Source of the DNA: Mobula hypostoma
Lineage: Eukaryota
Length of the DNA stretch: 64,000 bases
NCBI RefSeq assembly: GCF_963921235.1
Contig: NC_086100.1
Coordinates: 200,634,001 to 200,698,000 of the forward strand
Reading direction: 5' to 3'
Part shown: in pieces, positions 34,407 through 47,215 of the stretch
Layout: each line of letters opens with the position of its first letter
How positions within the stretch are numbered: the first letter of the stretch is position 1
Program-made: the position numbers and the translations under genes
The notes under the pieces: model-generated
Told to the model about the DNA's origin: nothing
The model's database searches: none
The model's input: the letters and a program-made list of their open reading frames with translations, nothing else

Positions 34407-37400
34407 TGTAGAGGAGCCAATCAGGAGCAGGCTCACCACATTCCCTCCTCCTCTCCTTCACAGGTCTCCTACCTTTGGTATTTGGTGTCTATCAACTGCA
34501 GAAGCGACAAGCCTTCCTCTCCCTTCCAAGGTCTGAGCAGAACAAGAGTTGCTCTCCACAGCCCTCAACTGCTTGCAGGATGCCCTTGGCTGTAAGAGAG
34601 AAGTGTTCAGGATTTGGAATGACTCTCTGATAGGTCAACAGGAGATTAGTAAATTCTCAGAAGAAGGTAAGTGTGGTGTGGGGCAAGAGTTAAGTGAGTG
34701 GAGCCAATGTGGTTGAAGGAGCTGGCCGTCTCAGGGATGAATGGGGTTGCAAAGATGGTGCTGGTGGGACACGACAACACTTTGGAGGCAGTAAGCAATG
34801 GTGCTAACAATTCTACTGAATATATATTTTTTGAGACGACTATCACAGCAATCTGCAGCCTGTAATTTCCCACTGGGACCAGTGCTTCTGAGCCATCCGT
34901 GCAACCTGGCATTTTCATGGGTTCCTGAAATATTCAGTGAACTGGGCTCTCAAGAATTCAGGTATGGCCGCGGCAGCCATTGCTGAAGTGGATTCGGGGC
35001 TGGACTGAAGTGGTGGGGCCCAGGTGTGAGAGCAGATCACGAACTAATGCTTGGCTGATTTAAGTGCCAAGCCATATTAAAAAAATTAAGCTGTTGAGCC
35101 TGAGGACACAGGATGAACTAGAGTTCAGCTCACTACTCCTGGAGGCTTTACTCACGTCAGCGCTGAACTAACCCTGCAGCCATTGGCACTTGCCTCAGCG
35201 CTGAACTTGGCTCCGTGGCCGTGGGCTCCCAGGCTGGCTCCGTGGCCATGGGATCCTGAACCAGCTCCGTCACTGTGGATTAACTTTTGGGGACTCTGTG
35301 TTTCGTGTTCTATGGATTGTTTGCACAATTTGTTCTTGCTTTTTTCATACATTGATGTTTGATTGTCTGATTTTTTTTGTAAATTCTATTGTGTTATGCA
35401 ACCCTGAAATTCAATAGAATTTACAAAAAACACCAGACATTGTATTCCTCTGTGCCTATTCTCCTAATCTGTCAAGTTCTTCTGTAGCCTTTCTACTTTG
35501 TCAAAACTACCAGCCTCTCCACTTTTCTTCATATCATTTGCAAACTTTGCAACAAAGCCATTAATTCCATCATTTAAATTATTGACATATAATGTAAAAA
35601 AAAATCAGTCCCAACACAGATCCCTGTGTTATTGTCAGCCAGCCAGAAGAGGCTCCCTTTATTCCCACTCTTTGCCTCCTGCCAATCATCCACAGCTTTA
35701 CATCTTTCCTGTAATACCCTGGGTTTGTAGCTTGTTAAGCAGCCTCACGTGTGGCACCTTGTCAACTAATCCGGCAGGGGGATGGGAACCCACACAGAAA
35801 AGAAAAGGGAAGTGATGCAGAGATGAAAGCTAGAGTTAGTGAAGAAAAAAGTAAGAGTAGAGTGCATAAAAGTAAAAAGCAAAAATTGCATAGGTCACTA
35901 GATTCTAAAAGGACAATGAGTATAAGGGCACTTTATCTAAATGCCCTTAGTATTAGAAACAAGGTTAGTGAACTTGTGGCACAGATCAGTATCAAGGCAT
36001 ATGATTTAGTGGCCATTACAGAAGCCTGTTTGCAAGGTGGAGATGACTGGGAATTAAATATCCAAGAGTATCAGGTAATACGGAAAGATAGGCAGGAAAG
36101 CAAAGGAGGTGGGTGGCGCTCTTGATTAGGGATGAGATCAACGCGATTGTGAGAGACGATATAAGATCTACGGAGCAGAATGTTGAGTCCATCTGGGTGG
36201 AGATTAAGAATAGAAAAGGGAAAAAAAATCACTGGTGGGAGTTGTCTGTAGGCCACCTAATAAAAATATTTCAGTGGCAGAGGTGATTAACCAAGAAATA
36301 ACTGAGGCTTGTAAGAATGGAACGGCAGTTGTCATGGGGGTGAATCAGGTTGGTCAAGGAAGTCTTGAGGAGGACTTCGTAGAATGCATCCGTGATGGCT
36401 TTCCTGAGCAGCATGTTAGTGAACCTACTAGGGAAAATGCTATCTTACATCTAGTCCTGTGCAATGAGACAGGTAAGATTAACAATCTTGTAGTAGGAAT
36501 CCTTTTGGAAAGAGTGATCATAGTATGTTTGAATTTCACATACAGATGGAGGATGAAATAGATATAAAACTAGTGTATTAAGCTTGAACAAGGGAGACTA
36601 CAACAGGATGAGGGTGGAGTTGGCTAATGTGGATTGGGAGCACAGGCTATTTGGTACGACAGCTGAGGAACAGTGGAATACTTTCAAATAAATTTTTCAC
36701 AGTGCTCAACAAAAGTATATTCCATTCAAAAGTAAGGTCAGTAAGTTTGGGGGAGCCAGCCTTGGATAACTAAGGAAATAAAAGATAGTATCAAATTAAA
36801 AGCTCATGTGTACTGTCACGTGACTGGCAGCAATGAATATAGAATTGAGTCAGGTTTTATCAAAACAAACAAACATTCATTAAACTTTGCTCAAAAATAG
36901 CGGAACATACTTAAACGACTAACTTGTTACGAAACCGACAACAATGAATATCAATCGAGTCAGGTTAAATAAAAACAACCAAACATTTATTAAACATGGA
37001 TAAACAATAAAAAAAAATGAAAACCTTAACCAGAAGTTAAATAGACTGGCGGACGGACATTCTACAAACCGTCACTCAGTACTGGTTCTTAAAATGATAA
37101 ATACGAAAACAGTTCTAAAAGTAGTAAAGTCAAATACAGTTCTTAAAATGGTAAATTAGAAAGTCCAACAGATTTATACATTCAATTGGGAGAGTCTTCT
37201 CTGGAGAAGGATACTTGTACTTTATACTTTATACTTTATTGTCGCCAAACAATTGGTACTAGAACTGTTACATGCTCAAGGAGATCTTTTTTTTGTGAGA
37301 ATGATGTAATGGTCTTTTGGAGGTCACCTGATGTGATTTTCCCGCCGATGTGAGGTCATGTGATGACATGTGCCCCGTGACTATACAAGGGTCAACCCAG

Positions 37401-37743
37401 GTGACGCAGTTTTTAAATTTGTAGATTTCCAGGTAGAACGTGCTGTATCTCCGTTTCTGTTGCGTGCTTATTTTTGTGACGCAGTTTCATTTTTAAAACA
37501 GAGTGTGCGTTCTGTTGAGAGATTCTTTATTATTTGGACCGGGAATTTGTGGCTGGATGTGCTAATTTACTCAATTCCAACAGTTGAAAGGAGAGTGAAG
37601 AATTCATTGAAGGATCGAGAGAAGTTGACATTGTTTGGCAGTTTAATAAAGAATTGACCTTATTGAGTCTTCGTTGGAGGAGTAACTGCATCGAGATAAC
37701 TCTTGCCAGAAAGAGCAATGAGTTCATGCAAAAAGGTTCGTGT

Positions 37744-38159
37744 TCTCTCTCTCTCTCCCTCTCTCTCCCTCTCTCTCCCTCTCTCTCCCTCTCTCTCCCT
37801 CTCTCTCCCTCTCTCTCCCTCTCTCTCCCTCTCTCTCCCTCTCTCTCCCTCTCTCTCCCTCTCTCTCCCTCTCTCTCCCTCTCTCTCCCTCTCTCTCCCT
37901 CTCTCTCCCTCTCTCTCCCTCTCTCTCCCTCTCTCTCCCTCTCTCTCCCCTCTCTCTCCTCTCTCTCCCTCTCTCTCCCTCTCTCTCCCTCTCTCTCCCT
38001 CTCTCTCCCTCTCTCTCCCTCTCTCTCCCTCTCTCTCCCTCTCTCCTCCCTCTCTCCTCTCTCTCTCCTCTCTCTCTCCTCTCTCTCTCCTCTCTCTCTC
38101 TCCTCTCTCTCTCCTCTCTCTCTCCTCTCTCTCTCCTCTCTCTCTCCTCTCTCTCTCTC

Positions 38160-38197
<38 letters not shown>

Positions 38198-38217
38198 CTC
38201 TCTCTCCTCTCTCTCTC

Positions 38218-38269
<52 letters not shown>

Positions 38270-39020
38270 TCTCTCTGTCTCTCTCTCTCCCTCTCTCTCT
38301 CCCTCTCTCTCTCCCCTCTCTCTCTCCCCTCTCTCTCTCCCCTCTCTCTCTCCCCTCTCTCTCTCCCCTCTCTCTCTCCCCTCTCTCTCTCCCCTCTCTC
38401 TCTCTCTCCCTCTCTCTCTCCCCCTCTCTCTCTCCCCCTCTCTCTCTCTCTCCCTCTCTCTCTCCCCCCTCTCTCTCTCCCCCCTCTCTCTCCTCCCCCT
38501 GTCTCTCTCCCCCCTCTCTCTCTCCCCCTCTCTCTCTCCCCCCTCTCTCTCTCCCCCTCTCTCTCTCCCCCCTCTCTCTCTCCTCCCTCTCTCTCTCTCC
38601 CCCTCTCTCTCTCTCCCCCCTCTCTCTCTCCCCCCTCTCTCTCTCCCCCTCTCTCTCTCCCCCTCTCTCTCTCCCCCTCTCTCTCTCCCCCTCTCTCTCT
38701 CTCCCCCCTCTCTCTCTCCCCCCCTCTCTCTCTCTCCCCCTCTCTCTCCCCCCTCTCTCTCTCCCCCCTCTCTCTCTCCCCCCTCTCTCTCTCTCCCCCT
38801 CTCTCTCTCCCCCTCTCTCTCTCCCCCCCTCTCTCTCTCCCCCCTCTCTCTCTCTCCCCCCTCTCTCTCTCCCCCCTCTCTCTCTCCCCCCTCTCTCTCC
38901 CCTCCTCTCTCCCCCTCTCTCTCTCCCCCCTCTCTCTCCCCCCTCTCTCTCTCCCCCCTCTCTCTCTCCCCCCTCTCTCTCTCCTCTCCCCCTCTCTCTC
39001 TCCCCCCCCCTCTCTCTCTC
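37744..39020. repeat. ~1.28-kb CT-rich polypyrimidine array inside the 5' LTR
   Basis: (CTCTCTCCCT)n grading into C-richer variants. The 3' LTR has only about (CT)9 at this site. Confidence 0.97.
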
Positions 39021-40068
39021 GTTTATTTTCGGCATCGTGAATCCTGTGGACAGAACCAGCAGTAAAGGTACGTCTGTGAAGAAATCCTTCTCCAGTGAAG
39101 TCTCTCCCAACTGAACGTGTAAATCTGTTGGATTTTCGAAGTTATCGCTTTAAGAACTATATCTGACTGTATCGCTTTAAGAACTGTTTTCTCATTTAAA
39201 GCTTTAAGAACCAGAGCCGAGTGGAGTTGGTGAACGACTGCGTACCTGTTAACCTCCGGTTAAAATTTTTGTTTGTTTTTTTTTCCTTATTGTTTATACA
39301 TTTAATAAGTGTTTGGTTGTTTTTATATAACCTGTTTCGATTGATATTCATTGTTGCCGTTTACGTAACATAATTTATGGAGGCTCGTCTGGGATATGTT
39401 CTGATTTTGTGTTTAAGTGCTGGTAATTGCCATTTTGATTTGGAAAAGGGAATTACCCGATTTTTTTTGGTTTGATTGGTGTGTGTGTTGTATTCGGCAA
39501 CAATGGATATTGACAATTTTTTGAAGGGGCCTGACTCGGGATCTTTTAGAGACTGCGAGAAAACCTATGGTATTGGGGATTGCTAAAAGGTTGGATATTA
39601 AAGGAATTATGAGGAATTCTACCAAGGCTTTCATACAAAGAAAGATTGCTGAACATTATATTAATTTGGAATTTTTGATGAGGTGTTAGATAAGTTTCCA
39701 CTGAGTAATCTGGAAATGCAGTTGCATCTTGAACAGTTAAAGTTTGAAACATTTAAAGTGGAAATGGCCGAAAGAGAGGCTAATTAAAAAAAGGGAATTC
39801 GAGGAAAGAGAAGCCCTTAAAAAAAGGGAATTTGAAGAAAGAGAAGCCCTTAAAAAAGGGAGTTTTCAGAAAGAGAAGCTGAAAACCAGAGGAAATTCAA
39901 GCTAGAGATGCAGAAATTAAAGTTTGGGAGTCAGTCTTCTGGCTCTATGAACAATTTATTGCTAGTCATGAGGTTGTTTTGGCTCCTCCATTTAATGAAG
40001 CTGATGTGGACGCATATTTCCAACATTTTGAAATAGTTGCTCTGAGTTTAAAGTGGCCGAAGGACTAA

Positions 40069-42600
40069 TTGCCAGTGATGTTACAAAGTGTAATTAAAGG
40101 CAAGGCACAACAAGGTTATACAGCTTTAAATGCTGAGCAAGCACGGGATTATGATATTGTTAAGCAGAATTTATTAAAGGCATGTGAGATGGTTCCGGAA
40201 GCGTATAAAGAAAGATTTAGAAGTTTGAAGAAATCGGTGGAAAAAACTTATGTGGAATTTGCCTACGAGAAATCTGTGTGTTTTGAGAAATGGGTTTCCT
40301 CTAAAAATGTGAATGGGGAGTATAATAAATTAAAAGAGCTGATTTTGTAGGAGGAATTTAAAAGAAGCATTCCTGTTGAAGTGAGAGCATACTTAAATGA
40401 ATGGGACACTGCTACATTGCGGGAGATTGCTAAATTGGCTGATGAGTATGTTTTAATTCACAAGAATAAATTTTCTCCAGGTAAAATTTTTAAAAGGAAA
40501 ACTAGCACAGAGAGTCAAGGTAAATCAGACATTAATTCTGAAGTTAGTGAGAAAAGTAGGGATAAAGGGAGATGTGAAGGAAAGACATTTTGGTATTATT
40601 TGTAATTATTGTAAGAAACCTGGACATGTAGTAGCTAATTGCTTCCGATTGAAACAGAAAGAGAAAGAAGTGGTCCCAGATGCTTGTGTGCAGCATATTG
40701 AAAAGCCTGTAAAGCCACAGGGGTTAGAAAATACTAATGAAGATGTGTCAGAGTCTGACCAAGTTAAGAAGGGGTATGAAGCTTTTATAACAGAAGGATT
40801 TGTATCCTTGAAAGAAGGATCCAATTCAGTACCAATAAGGATTACTTAGAGATACTGGAGCTTCACAATCACTAATATTAGACAGTGTGTTAAGGTTTAG
40901 TGATGAGTCTGACATTGGTGAGGTAAATTATGTAGGAGGGGTAGGGAGTGCCCTTATGCCAGTATATTTACATAGAGTAAGTTTAAGGTCAGGATTAGTT
41001 ACAGGGGTTGTTAAAGTAGGACTACAATCCAGTTTACCTGTGAATGATGTTTCTCTTTTGTTAGGGAATGATTTAGCAGGTGGGCAAGTTTTTCCTGAAG
41101 TACATTTGACAATCAATTCAAATTCTGAGGAACCACAGAGGGATTCTAACACAGATTCTTCCTGTGTTGTAACAAGAGCTATGGCTAAAAAGACTAATGT
41201 AAAGGATGAGGTTGTTACCCATGACAGTTCAAATCAAGGTTCAAATTTTGAGGATGTATCAGAAACTTTCTTACCTACCTTATTTGATCAGGATTTTGAT
41301 GGTAAGTCTGATCGGGAAGATTTGTCTTTATCTCAGAAGGAGATGATAGCAGAGCAGAGTAGGGATCCTGAGATAGTTAAATTAAAAGAACAAGCTCTTC
41401 CAGATAGTGAAATTGGAAAAGTACCAGTTGGATATTATTTTGAAAAGGGGGTATTAATGAGAAAGTGGAGATCGCCTACAATTCCTGCTAGTGAGGAATG
41501 GGAAGTTAATCATCAGGTTGTTGTTCCTAAAATCTACCGAAATGAGATTTTGACTATGGCTCATAGTATTCCTTTGGGTGGTCATTTAGGTGTAAAGAAA
41601 ACTATGAACAAAGTTTCTAAACATTTTTATCGGCCTAGTTTAAGACAAGATGTGGCGACATTTTGTGGAACGTGTCATACGTGTCAAATTGTTGGTAAAC
41701 CTAATCAGGTTACTCCAGTGGCCCCACTGCAACCAATTCCAGTATTTGGTGAGCCGATCTCAAAAATCATTGTAGACTGTGTAGGTCCTTTGCCAAAAAC
41801 TAAAACTGGACATCAATATTTATTAACTATTATGTGCACAATGTCTAGGTTTCCAGAGGCAGTACCTCTTAGAAATATAACAGCTAAAACTGTGACAAAG
41901 GCTCTTATAAAATTCTTTACTTATTTTGGGTTGCCTAAGGAAATACAATAAGATCAAGGTAGTAATTTTATGTCTGGGTTGTTTCAGCAGATAGTTTATA
42001 AACCGGGAGCAAAGCAGATTATTTCCTCAGCCTATCATCCAGAATCACAAGGAGCCTTGGAGAGATTTCATTCTACACTAAAAACTATGATTAAGACATA
42101 TTGTGTGGAAAATGAAAAGGACTGGGATGAAGGTATACATTTACCACTTTTTGCAGTAAGGGAGGCAGTGCAGGAATCATTAGGTTTTAGTCCTTTTGAA
42201 CTTGTGTTTGGACATAGAGTTTGAGGACCTTTGGCTTTGTTGAAGGAACAGTGGGTTAATAAAGAAGTACACACTAGTTTGCTAGATTATGTTTTGAAAT
42301 TTAAAGACAGATTGTACAAAGCTTGCAGCATGGCCAAGGAAAATTTAGAGTTAGCTCAAGAGAAGATGAAGACGTGGTATGATAAGGAAGCTAGGATGAG
42401 GTAATTTAAGCCTGGAGATAAGGTGTTGGTTCTCTTCCCAGTGCAAACGAACCCATTGCAAGCCAAATTCCATGGTCCTTATGAGATTAAATCTAAGGTA
42501 AATAAAGTGGATTATGTGGTTAAAAACCCCAGATAGGAGAAAGACAACACAGCTGTGTCATATAAATATGATAAAACTGTATCATGAGAGAGAGGTTGCA
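40069..42600 (+). pseudogene. Gmr1 gag(SCAN-like)-PR-IN remnant
   Basis: EAYKERFR..KELIL.EEF, CCHC, DTGA, AHSIPLGGHLG..CHTC, IIVDCVGPLP, YHPESQGALERFH, HGPY. Confidence 0.9.
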
Positions 42601-45600
42601 CTGTGACTGTTAAGGAAATTAAACTCCAATTTAATAACACAGTTTAATGTTACAGGTGTACAATATTTTGATCGCTCATATTAAGGGTAAAGATAATGTG
42701 ATTGCTGATTGTTTGTCTAGATGTTAAATGTATAATGAAAATTTGTTTTTTTTGGAGTGGTATTTTATCATCTGTAACACTCCTACTGTACATTAGTTTG
42801 TAAAGGGCTGAAAGATAAGATTGTACATATTGTGTATTTTGTAAATTTTATACCTTTGTATTTTTTTTGGTATAAATGGTTAAAATTTTGTTCTTCAAGA
42901 GACCAAATTTTTTTTTTTGGAGGGAGTTGTTGCATGCTCAAGGAGATCTTTTTTTTTGTGAGAATGATGTAATGGTCTTTTGGAGGTCACCTGATGTGAT
43001 TTTCCTGCCAATGTGAGGTCACGTGATGACATGTGCCCTGTGACTATATAAGGGTCAACCCAGGTGACGCAGTTAGTTTTTGAGTTTGTAGATTTCCACG
43101 TAGAGCGTGCTGTATCTCCGTTTCTGTTGCGTGTTTGTTTTTGTGATGCAGTTTCATTTTTAAAACAGAGTGTGCGTTCTGTTGAGAGATTCCGTATTAT
43201 TTGGACTGGGAATTTGTGGCTGGATGTGCTAATTTACTCAATTCCAACAGTTGAAGGGAGAGTGAAGAATTCATTGAAGTGAAGGATCGAGAGAAGTCGG
43301 CATCGTTTGGCAGTTTAATAAAGAATCGACCTTATTGAGTCTTCGTTGGAGGAGTACCTGCATCGAGATAACTCTTGCCAGAAAGAGCAAAGAGTTCATG
43401 TAAAAAGGTGCTCTCTCTCTCTCTCTCTAAAGGAATTTAAGGTCAGTCAATTTAAACTGTTTATTTTCAGCATCATGAATCCTGTGGACAGAACCACCAG
43501 TAAAGGTGCATCTGTGAAGAAATCCTTCTCCAGTGAAGTCTCTCCCAATTGAACGTGTAAATCTGTTGGACTTTCGAAGTTATCGCTTTAAGAACTATAT
43601 CTGACTGTATCACTTTAAGAACTGTTTTCGCATTTAACGCTTTAAGAACCGGAGCCGAGTGGAGTTGATGAACGGCTGCGTACCTGTTAACCTCCGGTTA
43701 AAGTTTACCTTTGTTTTTTTCCCTTATCATTTATATGTGTTTAATAAACATTTGGTTGTTTTTATATAACCTGTCTTGATTGATATTCATTGTTGCCATT
43801 TACATAACAGAATGTACAATCATCACAGTGATATTTGATTCTGTGCTTCATACTCCCTGGATTGAAAATATTCAATATTAAAAATATTAAAAATAGTTAA
43901 TATGAGTAAATATTAAAAATTTAAATTGTAAATCGTAAATAGAAAATAGAAAAATGGAAAGTAAGGAAGTGCAAAAAAAAACGAGAGGCAGGTCTGGATA
44001 TCTGGAGGGTACGGCCCAGATCTGGGTCAGGATCCATTCAGCAGTCTTATCACAGTTGGAAAGAAGCTGTTCCTAAATATGGCCGTACGAGCCTTCAAGC
44101 TCCTGAACCTTCTCCCGGAGGGAAGAGGGACAAAAAGTCTGTTGGCTGGGTGGGTCGTGGCCTTGATTATCCTGGCAGCACTGCTCTAGGATTTTTTCCG
44201 AGACGCGACTTTCCTGCTGGTTCTGTCCAAAGAATTCACGATGAAGGAAATAAATGGGTTAAAACAACTGACCTTTATTTCTAGACAGCAAATCTTGCAT
44301 GAACTTCCTTTCTCTTTCGGCAGGAGTTATCTTCGATGCAGGTCGCTACTTCTTCAACGAAGACTCAATAAGGTCGATCCTTTGTTAAACTGCCGAACGA
44401 TACCACCTTCTCTTAGTCCTTCAGGTCCTGTACTTTGATAAAGTCTTCACTCTCCAATACTACTGAAAAGGTATTTCAACAAATCTGGCAAAAATGGGTA
44501 AACTGCCAGTCCAGCACTATTGTACCTTACAATAGAATGTAAAACTCCATTTTAAAAATGAAACTGCGTCATAAAAAAAACACGCAACGGAATGGAGACT
44601 CTGACTAACGTTCTAGCTGGAAAACTAACTGCATCACCAGGGGTCTTCCCTTTAATACCCGCGGTGAACATGTCATCATGTGACCTCACATTGGCAGGAA
44701 AATTACATCAGGTGACCTCCAAAAGACAATTACATCATTCTCACAAGAAAGTCACAAAATCTCCTTGAGGTATGTAACAAACTTAACCAGAAGTTAACTG
44801 CTATACGGCAACTCTGGAATAGTTCTTAAAAGGGTAAATACGAAAACATTTCTTAAGGTGGTAAATTCGAACACAGTTCTTAGAATGGTAAATTCAAAAG
44901 TCCAAGAGATTTATCCAGTCAATTAGGAGAGACTTTCCTGAAGTAGAGAATTCCTCGAAGACCTGTCGTTACTGCTGATCCCAGCCGGAATCTGTCTTGT
45001 CTGCAGGATTCACGACGATGGAAATAAACAGCTTAAAAGGAACTGACCTTTTTCCTGGTGAGCGAACCTTGCACGAACTTCCTTGTTCTTTTGGCAGGAG
45101 TTATCTCAGATGCAGGTCACTATCTCTTGACCGAAGAATCAATAAGGTCGATCCTTTATGAAACTGCCGAATGACACCAACTTTACTCAACTCGGCGAAT
45201 TCCTGAATTTTGGTAAGGTCTTCACTCTCCAGTACTACTTATAATAGAAAGTAGAACTCCACTTTAAAACAAAACTCTCATCAGCCGAATACGCAGCAAA
45301 AAGGGAGTATCTAACACAAAACTAAACTGAAAACCCTAACTTTGTCACCAGGGGTCTCCCTTTTATATACCTGTTGAGAACAGGTCATCATGTGACCTCA
45401 CTGGGGGGAAAATTACATCATGTGACCTCCACAAGACCATACATCATCCTCATAAGACAGTCACAAGACATCCATGAAGTATGTAACAGTATCAAAGTCG
45501 CAAAGAATAGTAGGAGATTAGAGGATTGGGAAAACTTTAAAAAGCAACAAAGAATAACTAAACAAGAAATAAGGAAAGGGAAGGTAGAGTATGAAAGTAA

Positions 45601-45627
45601 ATTAGCACAAGATATAAAAACAGATTG

Positions 45628-46786
45628 AACCAGAGAACCATAGAACCATAGAATACTGCAGCACAGTACAGGCCCTTCGGCCCTCGATGTTCTGCCGACG
45701 CATATAATCCTTAAAACAAAAGTACTAAACCCACACTAACTTGTAGCCCTCTATTTTTCTTTCATCCGCGTGCCTGTCCAAGAGGATCTTAAATACTCCT
45801 AATGTTTTAGCCTCCGCCACCATCCCTAGCAAGTCATTCCAGGCACCCACAACCCTCTGTGTAAAAAAACTTACCTCTGATGTCTCCCCTAAACTTCCCT
45901 CCCTTAACTTTGTACATATGTCCTCTGGTGTTTGCTATTCGTGCCCTGGGAAACAGGTACTGGCTACCAACCTATGATAATCTTGTAGACGTCTATCAAG
46001 TCCCCTCTCATTCTTCTACGCTCCAAAGAGAAAAGTCCCGGTTCTGCTAACCTTGCCTCATAAGACTTATTTCCAATCCAGGTAACATACTGGTAAATCT
46101 CCTCTGCACCATCTCCATAGCTTCCACATCCTTCCTATAATGAGGTGACCAGAACTGAACACAATACTCTGAGTGTGGTCTCACCGGAGTGTTGTAGAGT
46201 TGCAACATGACCTCTCTACTCTTGAAATCAATCCCCCTATTAATGAAGCCTAGCATCCCATAGGCCTTCTTAACTACCCTATCAACCTGTGCAGTGACCT
46301 TGAGGAATGTATGGATTTGAACCCCAAGGTCCCTTTGTTCATCCACAGTCTTAAGTAACCGACAATTAACCCTGTACTCAGCCTTCTGGTTTGTCCTTCC
46401 AAAATGCATCACCTCACACTTATCCAGATTGAACTCCATCTGCCACTTTTCTGCCCAACTCTTCATCCTGTCTATATCCTCTTGTAACCTTCGACAACCT
46501 ACAGCTCCATCCACAACTCCTCCAATCTTCGTGTCATCCACAAACTTACTCACCCATCCTTCTGTCTCTTCATCCAGGTCATTTATAAAAATCACAAAGA
46601 GCAGGGGTCCCAGGACAGATCCCTGTGGCACTCCACTAGTCACTGACCTCCAGGCAGAATACTTTCCTACCCTCTGCTTTCTTCCTTTAAGCCCAACAGC
46701 CAAGGTTCCACTGATCCCATGCCTCATGACTTTCTGGATGAGTCTCTCGTGGGGGACCTTGTCAAATGCCTTGCTAAAGTTCTTAA
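45628..46786 (-). mobile_element. 5'-truncated CR1 inserted in a CR1
   Basis: TSD AGATTG at 45622-45627 and 46787-46792; RT ORF 46047-46820. Confidence 0.9.
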
Positions 46787-47176
46787 AGATTGCAAAAGTT
46801 TTTATAAATATATAAAGCACAAGAGGGTTGCTAAAGTCAACGTCGGTCCCTTGGAAGATGTGAAGGGGAAATTGATATTGGGTGACAAGGAAATGGCTGA
46901 GGCATTGAACGACTATTTTGTGTCGGTCTTCACGGTGGAGGACACGTCTAATATGCCAAAGAAGGATGTTATGGACAAAATGGGAGGTGAGGACCTTGAT
47001 AAAATTACTGTCACTAAAGAGATAGTGATGAGCAAACTAGAGGGTCTGAAGGTAGATAAGTCCACTGGTCCTGATGGGATGCATCCCAGTGTGCTGAAGG
47101 AATTGGCGGAGGTTACATTAGACGCGTTGGTAATCATTTATCAAAACTCTCTAGACGCTGGGCAGGTCCCGGTGGA

Positions 47177-47215
47177 CCAATTTTCCCTGGGATCAATAAA
47201 GTATGACTATGACTA
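47177..47215 (+). mobile_element. ~40-bp extreme 3' end of the Rex1-like LINE
   Basis: Matches the reverse complement of 496-537 (CCAATTT..GGATCAATAAAGTATGACTATGACTA) and interrupts the CR1 VPVD|..KT.NVTPLFKK motif. Confidence 0.8.

Larger units (their letters stand above)
37266..43809 (+). mobile_element. Gmr1-clade Gypsy element lacking RT and most of RNase H
   Basis: LTRs 37266-39370 and 42928-43809; TSD GAAC/GAAT; tRNA-Pro-like PBS TGGAGGCTCGTCTGGGAT at 39378-39395; gag with CNYCKKPGHVVANC, LRDTGASQS, IN, then directly HIKGKDNVIADCLSRC*. Confidence 0.92.
37213..44187 (-). mobile_element. Rex/L2-like LINE 3' fragment (37213-37265 + 43810-44187)
   Basis: TSD AGGAT at 37208-37212 and 44188-44192; (AAAGTAT)n tail. 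Confidence 0.8.
36925..44779 (-). mobile_element. Solo LTR B, Gmr1-related (36925-37212 + 44188-44779)
   Basis: TGTTAC...GTAACA; perfect TSD AACT; reverse complement resembles the LTR starting at 37266. Confidence 0.88.
36814..45488 (-). mobile_element. Solo LTR A, Gmr1-related (36814-36924 + 44780-45488)
   Basis: TGTCAC...GTAACA; TSD GTAC/GTA(T)C; reverse-complement similarity to the Gmr1 LTRs. Confidence 0.8.

Noticed and set aside
37530..39114. 441-526 aa RE-rich or SL-rich ORFs
   Set aside because: Stop-free frames caused by the CT/GA simple repeat.
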